In this document: positions 33,763-43,346 of the stretch, piece after piece
Numbering within the stretch: the first letter of the stretch is position 1
Layout: each line of letters opens with the position of its first letter
Assembly: GCA_963766005.1 (NCBI GenBank)
Contig: CAVXYG010000008.1
Location: 193,747-257,746, forward strand
Direction of reading: 5' to 3'
Source of the DNA: an uncultured Actinomycetota bacterium
Lineage (GTDB): Bacteria > Actinomycetota > Actinomycetes > S36-B12 > GCA-2699445
Length of the DNA stretch: 64,000 bases
Program-made: the position numbers and the translations under genes
Notes under the pieces: model-generated
The model's database searches: none
Seen by the model: only the letters and a program-made list of their open reading frames with translations
Told to the model about the DNA's origin: nothing

Positions 33763-35342
33763 TCGGTGCGCAAGCGTTGACCGCAATCCCGATCCAGGAC
33801 CAGCAGCCCCTGGAATTCGTCGCCCCCGACATCGCCTGGGCGGCGATCGCGCCGGTGGCAATCGTCCTGGCAGCGGCCGCCGTCGGTGTGCTGGTGGAGG
33901 CGTTCGTGCCCCGACGGGCTCGGCGGCGCACACAGCTGGTCCTGGTCCCGGTCGCGCTGGTGGCGGCCTTCGTGATGGTGGTCCAGGGTGACGGCACCTT
34001 CGAGGTGGTCATGTCGGGCGCCTATGCGGCGGACGGCCCGGCCAGGTTCCTGCAGGGCGTCGTCCTCGCCGTCGCGGCTATCGCCAGCCTCTTCCTCGCC
34101 GAGCGCCAAGTGGACCCGGCGGGCGACGCCTTCGCACCTCGGGCCTCGGCGGTCCCGGGTTCGAGCGACGAGCGCGACTTCACCACCGCGGGCTGGCTGC
34201 AGACGGAGGTGTGGCCGCTGCTGCTCTTCGCAGTTGGCGGGATGTTGCTGTTCGTCGCGTCCAACGACCTGCTGACCATGTTCGTCGCGCTGGAGATCAT
34301 GTCGCTGCCGCTGTACCTGCTGACCGGCATGGCCCGGCGGCGACGCCTGTTGTCGCAAGAGGCGGCGCTGAAGTACTTCATCCTCGGGGCGTTCTCCTCG
34401 GCGTTCTTCATCTACGGCGCCGCGCTGCTGTACGGATTCGCGGGCTCGGTGCGCCTCGGCGACATCCTCAACGCGCTCTCCGCCCAGCCGGGCGAGAACG
34501 GTTTGGTGCTGGCCGGTGCGGCAGTGCTCCTGGTCGGCCTGCTGTTCAAGGTGGCGGCGGTGCCGTTCCACGCCTGGACGCCCGACGTCTATCAGGGCGC
34601 TCCGACCGTCGTGACCGGGTTCATGGCGGCTGGCGTGAAGGTGGCGGCCTTCGGGGCACTGCTGCGCGTCATGTACGTTGCCCTCGCCGGCGTCGAATGG
34701 GATCTGGTCCCGGTGCTGCTCGTCGTCGCCACGATCACGTTCTTCGTCGGCTCGATCGTCGCGCTGTCCCAGCCCGACATCAAGCGCATGCTCGCCTACT
34801 CCTCGATCGCGCACGCGGGCTTCCTGCTCCTCGGTGTCGCAGCGCTGAGCCGGGCGGGCCTGGCGGCAACGCTGTTCTACCTCGCTGCCTACGCTTTCGC
34901 CACGCTCGGTGCATTCGCGATCATCTCGCTGGTTCGCGATGCGAACGGGGAGGCCACGCGGCTGTCGCAGTGGGCTGGGCTGGGCCGGCGCAGCCCGATG
35001 GTTGCCGGGGCCTTCGCGCTGTTCCTCCTGGCGTTCGCCGGGATTCCGCTCACCAGCGGCTTCATCGGCAAGTTCTCCGTGTTCTCGGCCAGTGTGGATG
35101 CCGGGGATGGCGTGTTCGTGGTGCTCGCGGTGCTCGCGAGCGCGGTGGCGGCGTTCTTCTACGCGCGCGTGATCGTGCTCATGTTCTTCACCGCCCCCAC
35201 GACCGACGATGTGCGCGTCGTCGTGCCGAGCGCGTTCACGGCAGTCGGGCTGGGGGCGACGATCGCGATCACCGTTGTCCTCGGCGTGTTTCCCGAACCG
35301 CTGCTGGAGCTGGCCAACCAGGCCGACTTGTTCGTGCGGTAG
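33759..35342 (+). CDS. nuoN: NADH-quinone oxidoreductase subunit N
   Basis: EAALKYF, FKVAAVPFHAWTPDVYQGAP, KRMLAYSSIAHAG. Confidence 0.97.
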   Translation: MIGAQALTAIPIQDQQPLEFVAPDIAWAAIAPVAIVLAAAAVGVLVEAFVPRRARRRTQLVLVPVALVAAFVMVVQGDGTFEVVMSGAYAADGPARFLQGVVLAVAAIASLFLAERQVDPAGDAFAPRASAVPGSSDERDFTTAGWLQTEVWPLLLFAVGGMLLFVASNDLLTMFVALEIMSLPLYLLTGMARRRRLLSQEAALKYFILGAFSSAFFIYGAALLYGFAGSVRLGDILNALSAQPGENGLVLAGAAVLLVGLLFKVAAVPFHAWTPDVYQGAPTVVTGFMAAGVKVAAFGALLRVMYVALAGVEWDLVPVLLVVATITFFVGSIVALSQPDIKRMLAYSSIAHAGFLLLGVAALSRAGLAATLFYLAAYAFATLGAFAIISLVRDANGEATRLSQWAGLGRRSPMVAGAFALFLLAFAGIPLTSGFIGKFSVFSASVDAGDGVFVVLAVLASAVAAFFYARVIVLMFFTAPTTDDVRVVVPSAFTAVGLGATIAITVVLGVFPEPLLELANQADLFVR

Positions 35343-35408
35343 GCGCCCGTAGCATGGAAACGCGGGGCATCGTCGATCCCCGGACGGCCGTCAGCGAGAG
35401 GTGGTGCC

Positions 35409-36440
35409 GTGGTTGTTCAGGCTGACACCTCCAACGGGGTGCTCACCCCCGACGCGGCAGTCTCGCTCGCCTCGGTCGACGCCGACCTCGCGGCGCAGCT
35501 CAACCGCGGGATGGCGCAGGTGGAGCGGAGCCTCCTCGCAGCGACCGAGGCCGATGATCCCTTCATCGCCGAGGCCGCCGGCCATCTCGCGGCCGCCGGC
35601 GGCAAGAGGTTCCGGCCCCTGCTGGTCCTCCTGGCCTCCCAGTTCGGGGACCCGGACGCACCCGGGGTGATCCCGGCAGCGGTGGTCGTCGAACTGACCC
35701 ACCTGGCCACGCTCTACCACGACGACGTGATGGACGAGGCGCCCCGCCGCCGGGGCGCGGTGTCGGCGAACGAGCGGTGGGGCAATGCCGTGGCCATCCT
35801 CACCGGGGACTACCTGTTCGCCCGGGCTTCGGAGATTCTGGCCGATCTCGGGCCCGAGGCGGTCCGGCTGCAGGCCACGACGTTCCAGCGCCTGTGCTCC
35901 GGCCAGATCCGCGAGACGATCGGCTCGGGGCCGCACGACGATCCGATCGCTCACCATCTGTCCGTGCTGGCGGATAAGACCGGCTCCCTGATCGCCACCT
36001 CGGCCCGCTTCGGCGCCATGCTCGCCGGTGCTCCCGCCGAGGACACCGATGCGCTGACCCGGTTCGGTGAGCGGATCGGCGTTGCCTTCCAGCTGGCCGA
36101 TGACCTGGTCGACATCCTGACACCGGCCGACGCGAGCGGCAAGACCCCGGGCACCGACCTGCGCGAGGGTGTGCTCACGCTCGCTGGGCTGTATGCCCTG
36201 CGCTCAGACAGCCGCAGCGATGGCCGGCTGCAGGAACTGCTGCGGCGGCCGCTGTCCGACGATCGTGAGCACGCCGAGGCTCTGGCGCTGCTGCGCGAGC
36301 ACGAGGCGGTGACGCTGGCGCGGGTTGAGGCTCGCCGCTGGGCCGACGACGCCCGGCGTCAACTCGACTCCCTGCCGCCCGCGGCGAGCAGGGAGGCGCT
36401 GTACCGGCTGTGCGACTACGTCGTCGGCCGAACCGCGTAG
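35409..36440 (+). CDS. polyprenyl diphosphate synthase (quinone side chain)
   Basis: GGKRFRP, HDDVMDEA..RRG, FQLADD, GKTPGTDLREG. Confidence 0.94.
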   Translation: MVVQADTSNGVLTPDAAVSLASVDADLAAQLNRGMAQVERSLLAATEADDPFIAEAAGHLAAAGGKRFRPLLVLLASQFGDPDAPGVIPAAVVVELTHLATLYHDDVMDEAPRRRGAVSANERWGNAVAILTGDYLFARASEILADLGPEAVRLQATTFQRLCSGQIRETIGSGPHDDPIAHHLSVLADKTGSLIATSARFGAMLAGAPAEDTDALTRFGERIGVAFQLADDLVDILTPADASGKTPGTDLREGVLTLAGLYALRSDSRSDGRLQELLRRPLSDDREHAEALALLREHEAVTLARVEARRWADDARRQLDSLPPAASREALYRLCDYVVGRTA

Positions 36441-36558
36441 CCGGCGCCGGGACCGATCCGGTCGACCGGGCGACTGCGTATGCTGACCGACAGCGACCCG
36501 CGTCGATGCGCACGTGGGGCGTGCGGACCGTCCCGGTCCGCAGCGAAGGGAGAGCCGC

Positions 36559-37815
36559 GTGCACGCCGTCGTCGCCGACCTGTCCACGCGCCGCTATCTC
36601 TTCACCGCCGCCGCTCAGCGACTGCCTCGGGGCCGGGGGAGGCGCGCCGGGTGGGGGCCGGGCGGGTTGCTGCGGCTGGCCGAGGACGCTGCGGCTCCCG
36701 TGCTGCCCCGCGCTCGGGGTTGGGTCCGGCTGCGACCGGAACTTGCGGGCATCTGCGGCAGCGACATCGGCATTGCCCACGCCAAGTCGTCCTTCGTGCT
36801 GTCGGCTTTCTACACCGCGCCCGTTCAGGTGCCCGGCCACGAGATCGTCGCCGTCGTGGCCGAGGTCGGGCCGGGGGTGAGCACGGTCGCGCCGGGCGAC
36901 CGCGTCGTCGTCGATCCGGTGTTCGCCTGCCGTCAGCGTGGCTTCGATCCGGTGTGCCGGGCCTGCGCTGAGGGGCGGCCCGACGTCTGCGAGCGGTTCG
37001 ACGAACCCGGCGACACCGGGTGCCGCGCGCCCACGATCGGCTTCGACGCCGCCGTGGGCGGTGGCTGGGGAGAGGAGTGCATCGCCCACGAGTCCCAGTT
37101 GTATCCCGTGGGCTCGATCCCGTCGCGCCGCGCCGTGCTGGCCGAGCCGGCGACCATCGGGCTGCACGCGGCCTTGCGCTGGGAGCGACGGGGGGATCGT
37201 GTCGTCGTGATCGGTCCCGGCACGATCGGTCTGCTCACCACGGCGGCACTGCGGATGCTGCACCCCGACCTCGACATCATCGTGGTGAGTCCGGACCCCT
37301 TCGGCGACGGCCATGCTCTGGCCGCGGGCGCCACCCGGGTCCTGCGCAGCGGGTCGGAGGCCGTGGCATCGCTGGCCGCCAGCGACGGCGGTCGTGTGCT
37401 GCGGCCGAGAATGACCCGGACCCCGATCCTGCAGCGCGGCGTGGACGCGGTATTCGACTGCGTGGGCTTGCCGGAGACGATCGACCTGGGGCTGCACCTC
37501 CTGCGCTCCAGCGGCACCTTCATCCTCGTCGGGGGCGCGTCCAAGCAGCAGGTCGACTGGTCGCTGGTCTGGAACCGCGGCTTGACGATCGCGGGCACGA
37601 TCAACTCCGGCCCGGAGGCGGCACTGGCTGGCCGGACCACCTTCGCACAGATTCGCGAGTGGCTGGCCGACGACCGGTACCCGGTGGACGGCATCGTGAC
37701 CCACGAGTTCGCCCTCGACGAGTGGCGCAACGCCCTGGCGACAGCGTCGGACGGACCTCGCGCGGCCTGCGTCAAGGCGGTACTGCGGCCGAATCCGGGC
37801 TTGCCCCTGGTGTGA
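36559..37815 (+). CDS. zinc-binding (MDR family) dehydrogenase
   Basis: GICGSD, PGHE, four structural Cys, GPGTIG; GTG at 36559 after a purine-rich RBS. Confidence 0.88.
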   Translation: MHAVVADLSTRRYLFTAAAQRLPRGRGRRAGWGPGGLLRLAEDAAAPVLPRARGWVRLRPELAGICGSDIGIAHAKSSFVLSAFYTAPVQVPGHEIVAVVAEVGPGVSTVAPGDRVVVDPVFACRQRGFDPVCRACAEGRPDVCERFDEPGDTGCRAPTIGFDAAVGGGWGEECIAHESQLYPVGSIPSRRAVLAEPATIGLHAALRWERRGDRVVVIGPGTIGLLTTAALRMLHPDLDIIVVSPDPFGDGHALAAGATRVLRSGSEAVASLAASDGGRVLRPRMTRTPILQRGVDAVFDCVGLPETIDLGLHLLRSSGTFILVGGASKQQVDWSLVWNRGLTIAGTINSGPEAALAGRTTFAQIREWLADDRYPVDGIVTHEFALDEWRNALATASDGPRAACVKAVLRPNPGLPLV

Positions 37816-37830
37816 CGCCCGCGACCTCGG

Positions 37831-39165
37831 CTACGGCGCGATACCGTGCCGCTGCACCACGTCGGGGGGCGGGATGTACGGTCCGTCGCGACGCGGCGGA
37901 CGGAAGCGCGGCGTCTCCAGGATCAAGCGCGGTCCGCGATCCCAGGTCATGTAGCTCCACGCCCAGTTGAGCGTGACCGAGACCCGGTTGCGCATGCCGA
38001 CGAGGTAGACCAGGTGCAGTCCCAGCCACGCAGACCACGCAGGGTAGCCGGTCAGTGTCGTGCCGTTGGTCAACTGGGCGACGGCCGCGGTGCGCCCGAT
38101 CGTGGCCATGGTGCCCTTGTCGTGGTAGTGCAGCACCGTGTGCGGCTGCCCCTTGATCGTGCGGACGATCTGCTCGGCGGCGTGTCGACCGCTCTGGATG
38201 GCCACCTGGGCAAGGCCGGGCAGTTCACCGCCCCGACCGTCGGGGATCGCGGCCACGTCACCGACGGCGTAGGAGTTGCGCCTGCCCGGGATCGAGCAGT
38301 CAGGATTGGTCACGATGCGCCCGCCGCGGCTCTGCGGTACGTCGATCGCATCGGCCAGGCCGCTGGCACGGTTGCCGGCCGCCCAGATCACCATGCGCGT
38401 GGGGATGTAGTCGCCCGCCTCGCCCAGCAGCACGTAGTCCGCCCCGACCTCGGCGACCGACGTGGCCAACCGCACCTCCACGCCTTTGGCGGACAGGACG
38501 TCGCGGGCATAGGCGCGCAGGGCGGGATCGAACGGCTGGAGCAGGGCATCGGTCTGCTCCACGAGGATCACGCGCGACCGGTGCACGTCCAGATCGTGGA
38601 AGTCGGCCTCGAGCACATCGTCGATGAGCTCGGCGATAGCTCCGGCGATCTCGATGCCGGTGGGTCCGCCGCCCACCACGACGATGTTGAGGATGCCGGC
38701 GTGGATCAGGTCCTGTCGGGCATCGGCGGCCTCGAAGAGCCCGAGCAGGTAGTTGCGCACGCGCAGGGCATCGGGCATCGAGTACAGCGGGAATGTGTGC
38801 TCCGCGGCGCCGGGGACGCCGAAGTAGTTCGCCTTGGCCCCGACCCCGACGATGAGGTGGTCGTAGGAGACCGGGTCCTCTCCGGCCAACTGGACCTGCT
38901 GACGCTCCCAGTCGATCCCGGTGACGGTGCCCTGTCGGAACAGCACCCGTCGGCGGCGCCGGAACAGTCCGCGTGCCGGGTAGGCGACATCGGCGGGGTT
39001 CAGCCCGCTCGTCGCCACCTGGTACAGCAGGGGCAGGAACGTGTGGTAGTTGTGCTGGTCGACGACGATGACTTCGACGTCCTCGTTCTCCAGCGCGCGG
39101 GCCGCGTTCATCCCGCCGAAGCCCACGCCGAGGATCACCACTCGTGGCCGTTGCATGCGCATCAT
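37831..39165 (-). CDS. ndh: type II NADH dehydrogenase (FAD-dependent)
   Basis: GVGFGG, PLLYQVAT, GGGPTGIE.AG, WAAG, AQVAIQSG, KGTMATIGR. Confidence 0.9.
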   Translation of the reverse strand: MMRMQRPRVVILGVGFGGMNAARALENEDVEVIVVDQHNYHTFLPLLYQVATSGLNPADVAYPARGLFRRRRRVLFRQGTVTGIDWERQQVQLAGEDPVSYDHLIVGVGAKANYFGVPGAAEHTFPLYSMPDALRVRNYLLGLFEAADARQDLIHAGILNIVVVGGGPTGIEIAGAIAELIDDVLEADFHDLDVHRSRVILVEQTDALLQPFDPALRAYARDVLSAKGVEVRLATSVAEVGADYVLLGEAGDYIPTRMVIWAAGNRASGLADAIDVPQSRGGRIVTNPDCSIPGRRNSYAVGDVAAIPDGRGGELPGLAQVAIQSGRHAAEQIVRTIKGQPHTVLHYHDKGTMATIGRTAAVAQLTNGTTLTGYPAWSAWLGLHLVYLVGMRNRVSVTLNWAWSYMTWDRGPRLILETPRFRPPRRDGPYIPPPDVVQRHGIAP

Positions 39166-39214
39166 CGTCACAGAGTCGCCAGCGTTGTGCGACACGGGCG
39201 GGGGATCGGCTGGA

Positions 39215-40387
39215 TCAGTAGTCGAGCAGCCGCGCCGCGAGGTCGGTCATGACCTCGGTCGCACCCCCGCCGATACCGAGGATGCGAACATCACGGTAGT
39301 GCCGCTCCACCTCGGTGCCCCGCATGTAGCCGGCACCGCCGAAGAACTGCACGGCCCGGTCGGCCGCGTACTCGCCGGCGGCCACCCCGGTCTGCTTGGC
39401 CAGGACCGCCTCGGCGACGACTGGCTCCCCGGCCGCGTGCCGGGCGGCGACCCAGCGGGTGTAGCAGCGGGCGACGTCGATCTGCCGGTGCATCTCGACC
39501 AACGTGTGCCGCACTACTTGCCGCTGCGCCAGCGGTCGGCCGAACGTGGTCCGGTCCTTGGTCCAGGCCGCGGCGAGATCGAGGCAGCGCTGGCCGGTTG
39601 CGTAGCCGGTCACCGCCAGCGACAGCCGCTCGGTCACGAAATGCCGCGCCAAGGAGGCGAAGCCGCTGCCGTGGCCGAGGAGGTTCTCCCGAGGCACCGG
39701 GACATCGGTGAACGACAGCTCCGCGGTGTCGCTGCACCACCACCCCATCTTCGCCAATCGACGCGTCACCGCGAAGCCGGGCGCATCGGCATCGAGGATC
39801 GCCAGGCTCACACCGCCGGCGCCCGGCTCGCCGGTACGCACCGCGGCCACGACGAAGTCGGCCCGGCAGCCGGAGGTGATGTACGTCTTGGCTCCCGTGA
39901 CGCGCCATGCCCCGTCCCGCTGCACGGCGGACGTGCGAAGGTTGGCCACGTCGGAGCCGCCGTCGGGCTCGGTCACAGCCAGCGCGCAGATGGCCTCCCC
40001 CTGCAGCACCGGGCGGACGTAGCGCGTCAGCAGGTAGTCGGCGCCCGCTTCATCGCCGGCGCTACGTCGAGCAGCCGCAGCATCGATGACGTGGGGCAGC
40101 GCGATGCCGTGGGTGAACAGTGCTGCGATGACGCCGCCGCTGGCGCCGGCTGCGAGGAGCGCCTCGTCGGCCACGAGCTGGTCGATCGGATCTCCGCCCT
40201 GGCCGCCGACGTCCTCGCTGAAGCCGAGCCCGAGGAGACCGGCCCCGGCCGCGGCGCGGTGGAGGGATCGCGGCAACTCCCCGTCGGCCTCCCACAGCTG
40301 GAGATCCGGCACGATGCGAGCCAGCGCGAAACTCCGGACGGCATCAGCCAGCGCGCGTCGCTCCGGCGTCTGGAAGGGGTCGGTCAC
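39215..40387 (-). CDS. acyl-CoA dehydrogenase
   Basis: AVTEPDGGSD, GAKTYITSG, KMGW..SDT, ERHYRD..IGGGATE; GTG overlaps the USP stop. Confidence 0.93.
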   Translation of the reverse strand: MTDPFQTPERRALADAVRSFALARIVPDLQLWEADGELPRSLHRAAAGAGLLGLGFSEDVGGQGGDPIDQLVADEALLAAGASGGVIAALFTHGIALPHVIDAAAARRSAGDEAGADYLLTRYVRPVLQGEAICALAVTEPDGGSDVANLRTSAVQRDGAWRVTGAKTYITSGCRADFVVAAVRTGEPGAGGVSLAILDADAPGFAVTRRLAKMGWWCSDTAELSFTDVPVPRENLLGHGSGFASLARHFVTERLSLAVTGYATGQRCLDLAAAWTKDRTTFGRPLAQRQVVRHTLVEMHRQIDVARCYTRWVAARHAAGEPVVAEAVLAKQTGVAAGEYAADRAVQFFGGAGYMRGTEVERHYRDVRILGIGGGATEVMTDLAARLLDY

Positions 40388-41193
40388 GACGGTGCAGCCG
40401 AATCCGGCAGCGCCGTCCGGTCGTGGACGATGAGCACCGAGGATGTCGCATGGGCCGCCAGGGAGGAGGCGATCGATCCCGCGCGCAGGGACTTCCAGGC
40501 GGACAGCCCCGTGGTTCCCTGCACCACGAGGTCGGTGCGATGCTCGCTGAGGAAGTCGAGGATGATGTCGCGCACGTGGTAGAAGACCTCCGTGCTGTCC
40601 GGGTTGAGAACGAGCTGGCGCACCGACTTCGCCTTGCCGTGAAGTTCGGCTGCCGCGACGCGGACGGCTTCCTCTGCGTCGAGCTCGCCCTGCGGGACGC
40701 TGATCACGGTGACATCGACTCCCGGCAGCCACGGCATGGTGGCGAGCACGCGCGCGGCTGCGATGGAGTCCGGCGAACCGTCGCTGCACACCACAGCGCT
40801 GCGGACCGGTTGGCCGTGTCGGGCGATGACCAGCGGCGCTGGCGGGTTGTGCAGCAGCCACTCCGAGGTGCTGCCGAGGTGCAGCGCTTTGAGCAGCCCA
40901 CGGCCGCGGGGCCCGACGACGATGACGTCGCGGTCGGCGCATTCCGCGATCGCTACCCGCGGATCCGCGCGGGTATGCAGGTGGCGCACCGCTGCTATCG
41001 CCGCTGGGTTGATGAGGACGCGCGGCAGTTCCGGTTCCCACTCGACGATGTCGTCGCTGACCTCGCTCGCGTGGCCGGGGTCGGCTTCGAGGACGTCGAC
41101 CGTCCAGCCGTCCCAGTCCTGCGCATTCAGCCACGCCCAGGCCAGATCCGCCGCCGTCGAGCCGTCATCACCGAACAGGATGGTGCCACTCAT
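40384..41193 (-). CDS. tandem universal stress protein
   Basis: GDDGS, VVGPRG..LGSTS, SDGS, VQG..GSIA; GGAGG RBS. Confidence 0.87.
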   Translation of the reverse strand: MSGTILFGDDGSTAADLAWAWLNAQDWDGWTVDVLEADPGHASEVSDDIVEWEPELPRVLINPAAIAAVRHLHTRADPRVAIAECADRDVIVVGPRGRGLLKALHLGSTSEWLLHNPPAPLVIARHGQPVRSAVVCSDGSPDSIAAARVLATMPWLPGVDVTVISVPQGELDAEEAVRVAAAELHGKAKSVRQLVLNPDSTEVFYHVRDIILDFLSEHRTDLVVQGTTGLSAWKSLRAGSIASSLAAHATSSVLIVHDRTALPDSAAPS

Positions 41194-41221
41194 GTCGCCT
41201 CCTCGCCTCACCCCATCATGG

Positions 41222-42271
41222 TCAGCGGACGCGCGGTTCGCCAGGGTCCTGCGGACCTTCGCGCGGACTGTTGCGGGCACCGCCTGGCGCGCGGCGAGAA
41301 GATTCGGCCGGGTCGGTGCTCGCGTCGGTGCTCGGGTCGGCGCCTCGACTCGTTGCGGGTGGGCTGACCCGGGCGGCGCGAATCCGGACGGCGTCGGCGG
41401 TGAAGACGGCCAGGGCGAGCCAGACGAGGACGAAGCCCGCCCATCGTGTGGGGGTGATCGCCTCGTCGAAGACCACCAGGCCGATCACGAACTGCAGTGC
41501 GGGCCCGATGTACTGCAGGACTCCCAACCGGCTCAGCGGAATGCGCACCGCTGCCGCCCCGAACAGCAGCAGCGGCACGGCGGTCACCGCTCCGGCCCCG
41601 ATCAGCAGCGCCGCGTGCCCGGGGCCCTCCGCGAGGAAGGTTCCCCTGCCCGTGACGCCCAACCACAGCAGGTAGCCCGCCGCGATCGGTGCGACGAAAG
41701 CGCTCTCGATGGCAAGGCTGGGGATGGCATCGATGTCCGCGCGCTTCTTGACCAGGCCGTAGAGGCCGAACGACATCGCCAGGAGCAGGGAGACCAGAGG
41801 GACCCGGCCGTAGCCGACGGTGATGACCAGGACGCCGGCGGTTCCGAGCGCCACGGCTGACCACTGCATCGGCCGCAGCCGCTCCCCGAGCAGAACCACG
41901 GCCAGCAGCACCGTCACCAGCGGGTTGATGAAGTACCCCAGCGAGGCCTCCAGGACATAGCCGTTGGCCACGGCCCAGATGAAGACGCCCCAGTTGGTGG
42001 TGACCAGCACGGCCGCCACGGCGAGACGGCCGCGGGTGCGGCTGTCGGCAGCCGCCTGCCGGACCGTGCGCCAACCGTGCGACCACCAGAGCAGGCCGCC
42101 GACGACGACCAGCGTCCAGACGACCCGGTGGGCGAGAATCTCCAGCGGCGCCGCGGGCTCGACCAGCGGCCAGTAGAGCGGCACCAGTCCCCACAGCGCG
42201 TAGGCCGCCACGGCAGCGGCGGTGCCGAAGGCCTCGGGGCCGAGGGGGCGGTGCTCTAGGCGACCGGGCAC
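41222..42271 (-). CDS. rarD: EamA-family transporter RarD
   Basis: AYALWG, EILAHR, EASLGYFINPL, QYIGP. Confidence 0.93.
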   Translation of the reverse strand: MPGRLEHRPLGPEAFGTAAAVAAYALWGLVPLYWPLVEPAAPLEILAHRVVWTLVVVGGLLWWSHGWRTVRQAAADSRTRGRLAVAAVLVTTNWGVFIWAVANGYVLEASLGYFINPLVTVLLAVVLLGERLRPMQWSAVALGTAGVLVITVGYGRVPLVSLLLAMSFGLYGLVKKRADIDAIPSLAIESAFVAPIAAGYLLWLGVTGRGTFLAEGPGHAALLIGAGAVTAVPLLLFGAAAVRIPLSRLGVLQYIGPALQFVIGLVVFDEAITPTRWAGFVLVWLALAVFTADAVRIRAARVSPPATSRGADPSTDASTDPAESSRRAPGGARNSPREGPQDPGEPRVR

Positions 42272-42293
42272 CGGCAGCCCACAGGTGCGCCGG

Positions 42294-43346
42294 TCAGGTG
42301 ATGACCCACGTGTCGCGGCCGCTGATCAGCGCTTGGAGATCCGGATCCGGGTTCAGCGCCCGGGCCCGCGCAGCCTGCTCCCGCAGCTCGCGATCGAAGC
42401 TCGGCCGTTCGATGCTGCGGAACACGCCGATCGGCGTGTCCGCAAGCGTCACCGGGTCGCTGAGCCGGGACAGTGCGAACGCGATCGACGGGTCCGGGGC
42501 ATCGGCGTGATGCACGAGCAGGTTGTCCACTCCGTGGTTGGCCGCATCGACGATGGCGATGCTGCCGTCCGGCAGCCGCGCCACGCCCTTCTCCAAGTCA
42601 CTGCCGAACCGGATCGGCTGGCCGTCTCGCAGCGGGATGAGCACATCCTGCTTCGTCGCGGCATCCTTCACCGGATCCCAAGCTCCGTCGTTGAAGATGT
42701 TGCAGTTCTGGTAGATCTCCACCAGTGCGCTGCCCTCGTGGGCGGCTGCCTGCCGGAGCACCTCGGTCAGGTGCGCGCGGTCGGAGTCGATCGTTCGGGC
42801 GACGAAGGTCGCTTCGGCGCCCAGCGCCAGCGAGACCGGGTTGAAGGGGTAGTCCAGGGAGCCGAACGGGGTCGACTTCGTCACCTTGCCGAGCTCGGAC
42901 GTGGGGCTGTACTGGCCCTTCGTCAGCCCGTAGATCCGGTTGTTGAAGAGCAGGATCTTGAGGTTCACGTTCCGCCGCAAGGCATGGATGAGGTGGTTCC
43001 CGCCGATGGACAGGGCGTCACCGTCGCCGGTGATCACCCAGACCGACAGGTCCGGCCGCGATGTGGCCAGCCCGGTGGCGATGGCGGGGGCGCGGCCGTG
43101 GATGGAGTGCATCCCGTAGGTATTGAGGTAGTAGGGGAAACGCGAAGAGCAGCCGATGCCGGAGACGAACACGATGTTCTCCCGGCGCAGGCCCAGCTGG
43201 GGGAGGAACCCCTGGACGGCCGCCAAGATCGCGTAGTCGCCGCAGCCGGGGCACCAGCGGACCTCCTGGTCGCTCTTGAAGTCCTTGGCCTTCTGCGGGG
43301 TGTCGGTCTTCGGCACCAGGTCCAGGGCAGGGTACGTGTCGGTCAT
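42294..43346 (-). CDS. korB: 2-oxoacid:ferredoxin oxidoreductase beta subunit
   Basis: WCPGCGD, SGIGCSSR, GDGDALSIGGN, YGLTKGQYSPT. Confidence 0.95.
   Translation of the reverse strand: MTDTYPALDLVPKTDTPQKAKDFKSDQEVRWCPGCGDYAILAAVQGFLPQLGLRRENIVFVSGIGCSSRFPYYLNTYGMHSIHGRAPAIATGLATSRPDLSVWVITGDGDALSIGGNHLIHALRRNVNLKILLFNNRIYGLTKGQYSPTSELGKVTKSTPFGSLDYPFNPVSLALGAEATFVARTIDSDRAHLTEVLRQAAAHEGSALVEIYQNCNIFNDGAWDPVKDAATKQDVLIPLRDGQPIRFGSDLEKGVARLPDGSIAIVDAANHGVDNLLVHHADAPDPSIAFALSRLSDPVTLADTPIGVFRSIERPSFDRELREQAARARALNPDPDLQALISGRDTWVIT

Noticed and set aside
39215-41134. 639-aa acyl-CoA dehydrogenase with an N-terminal extension
   Set aside because: The extension overlaps the USP gene in another frame; the true start is GTG 40387.
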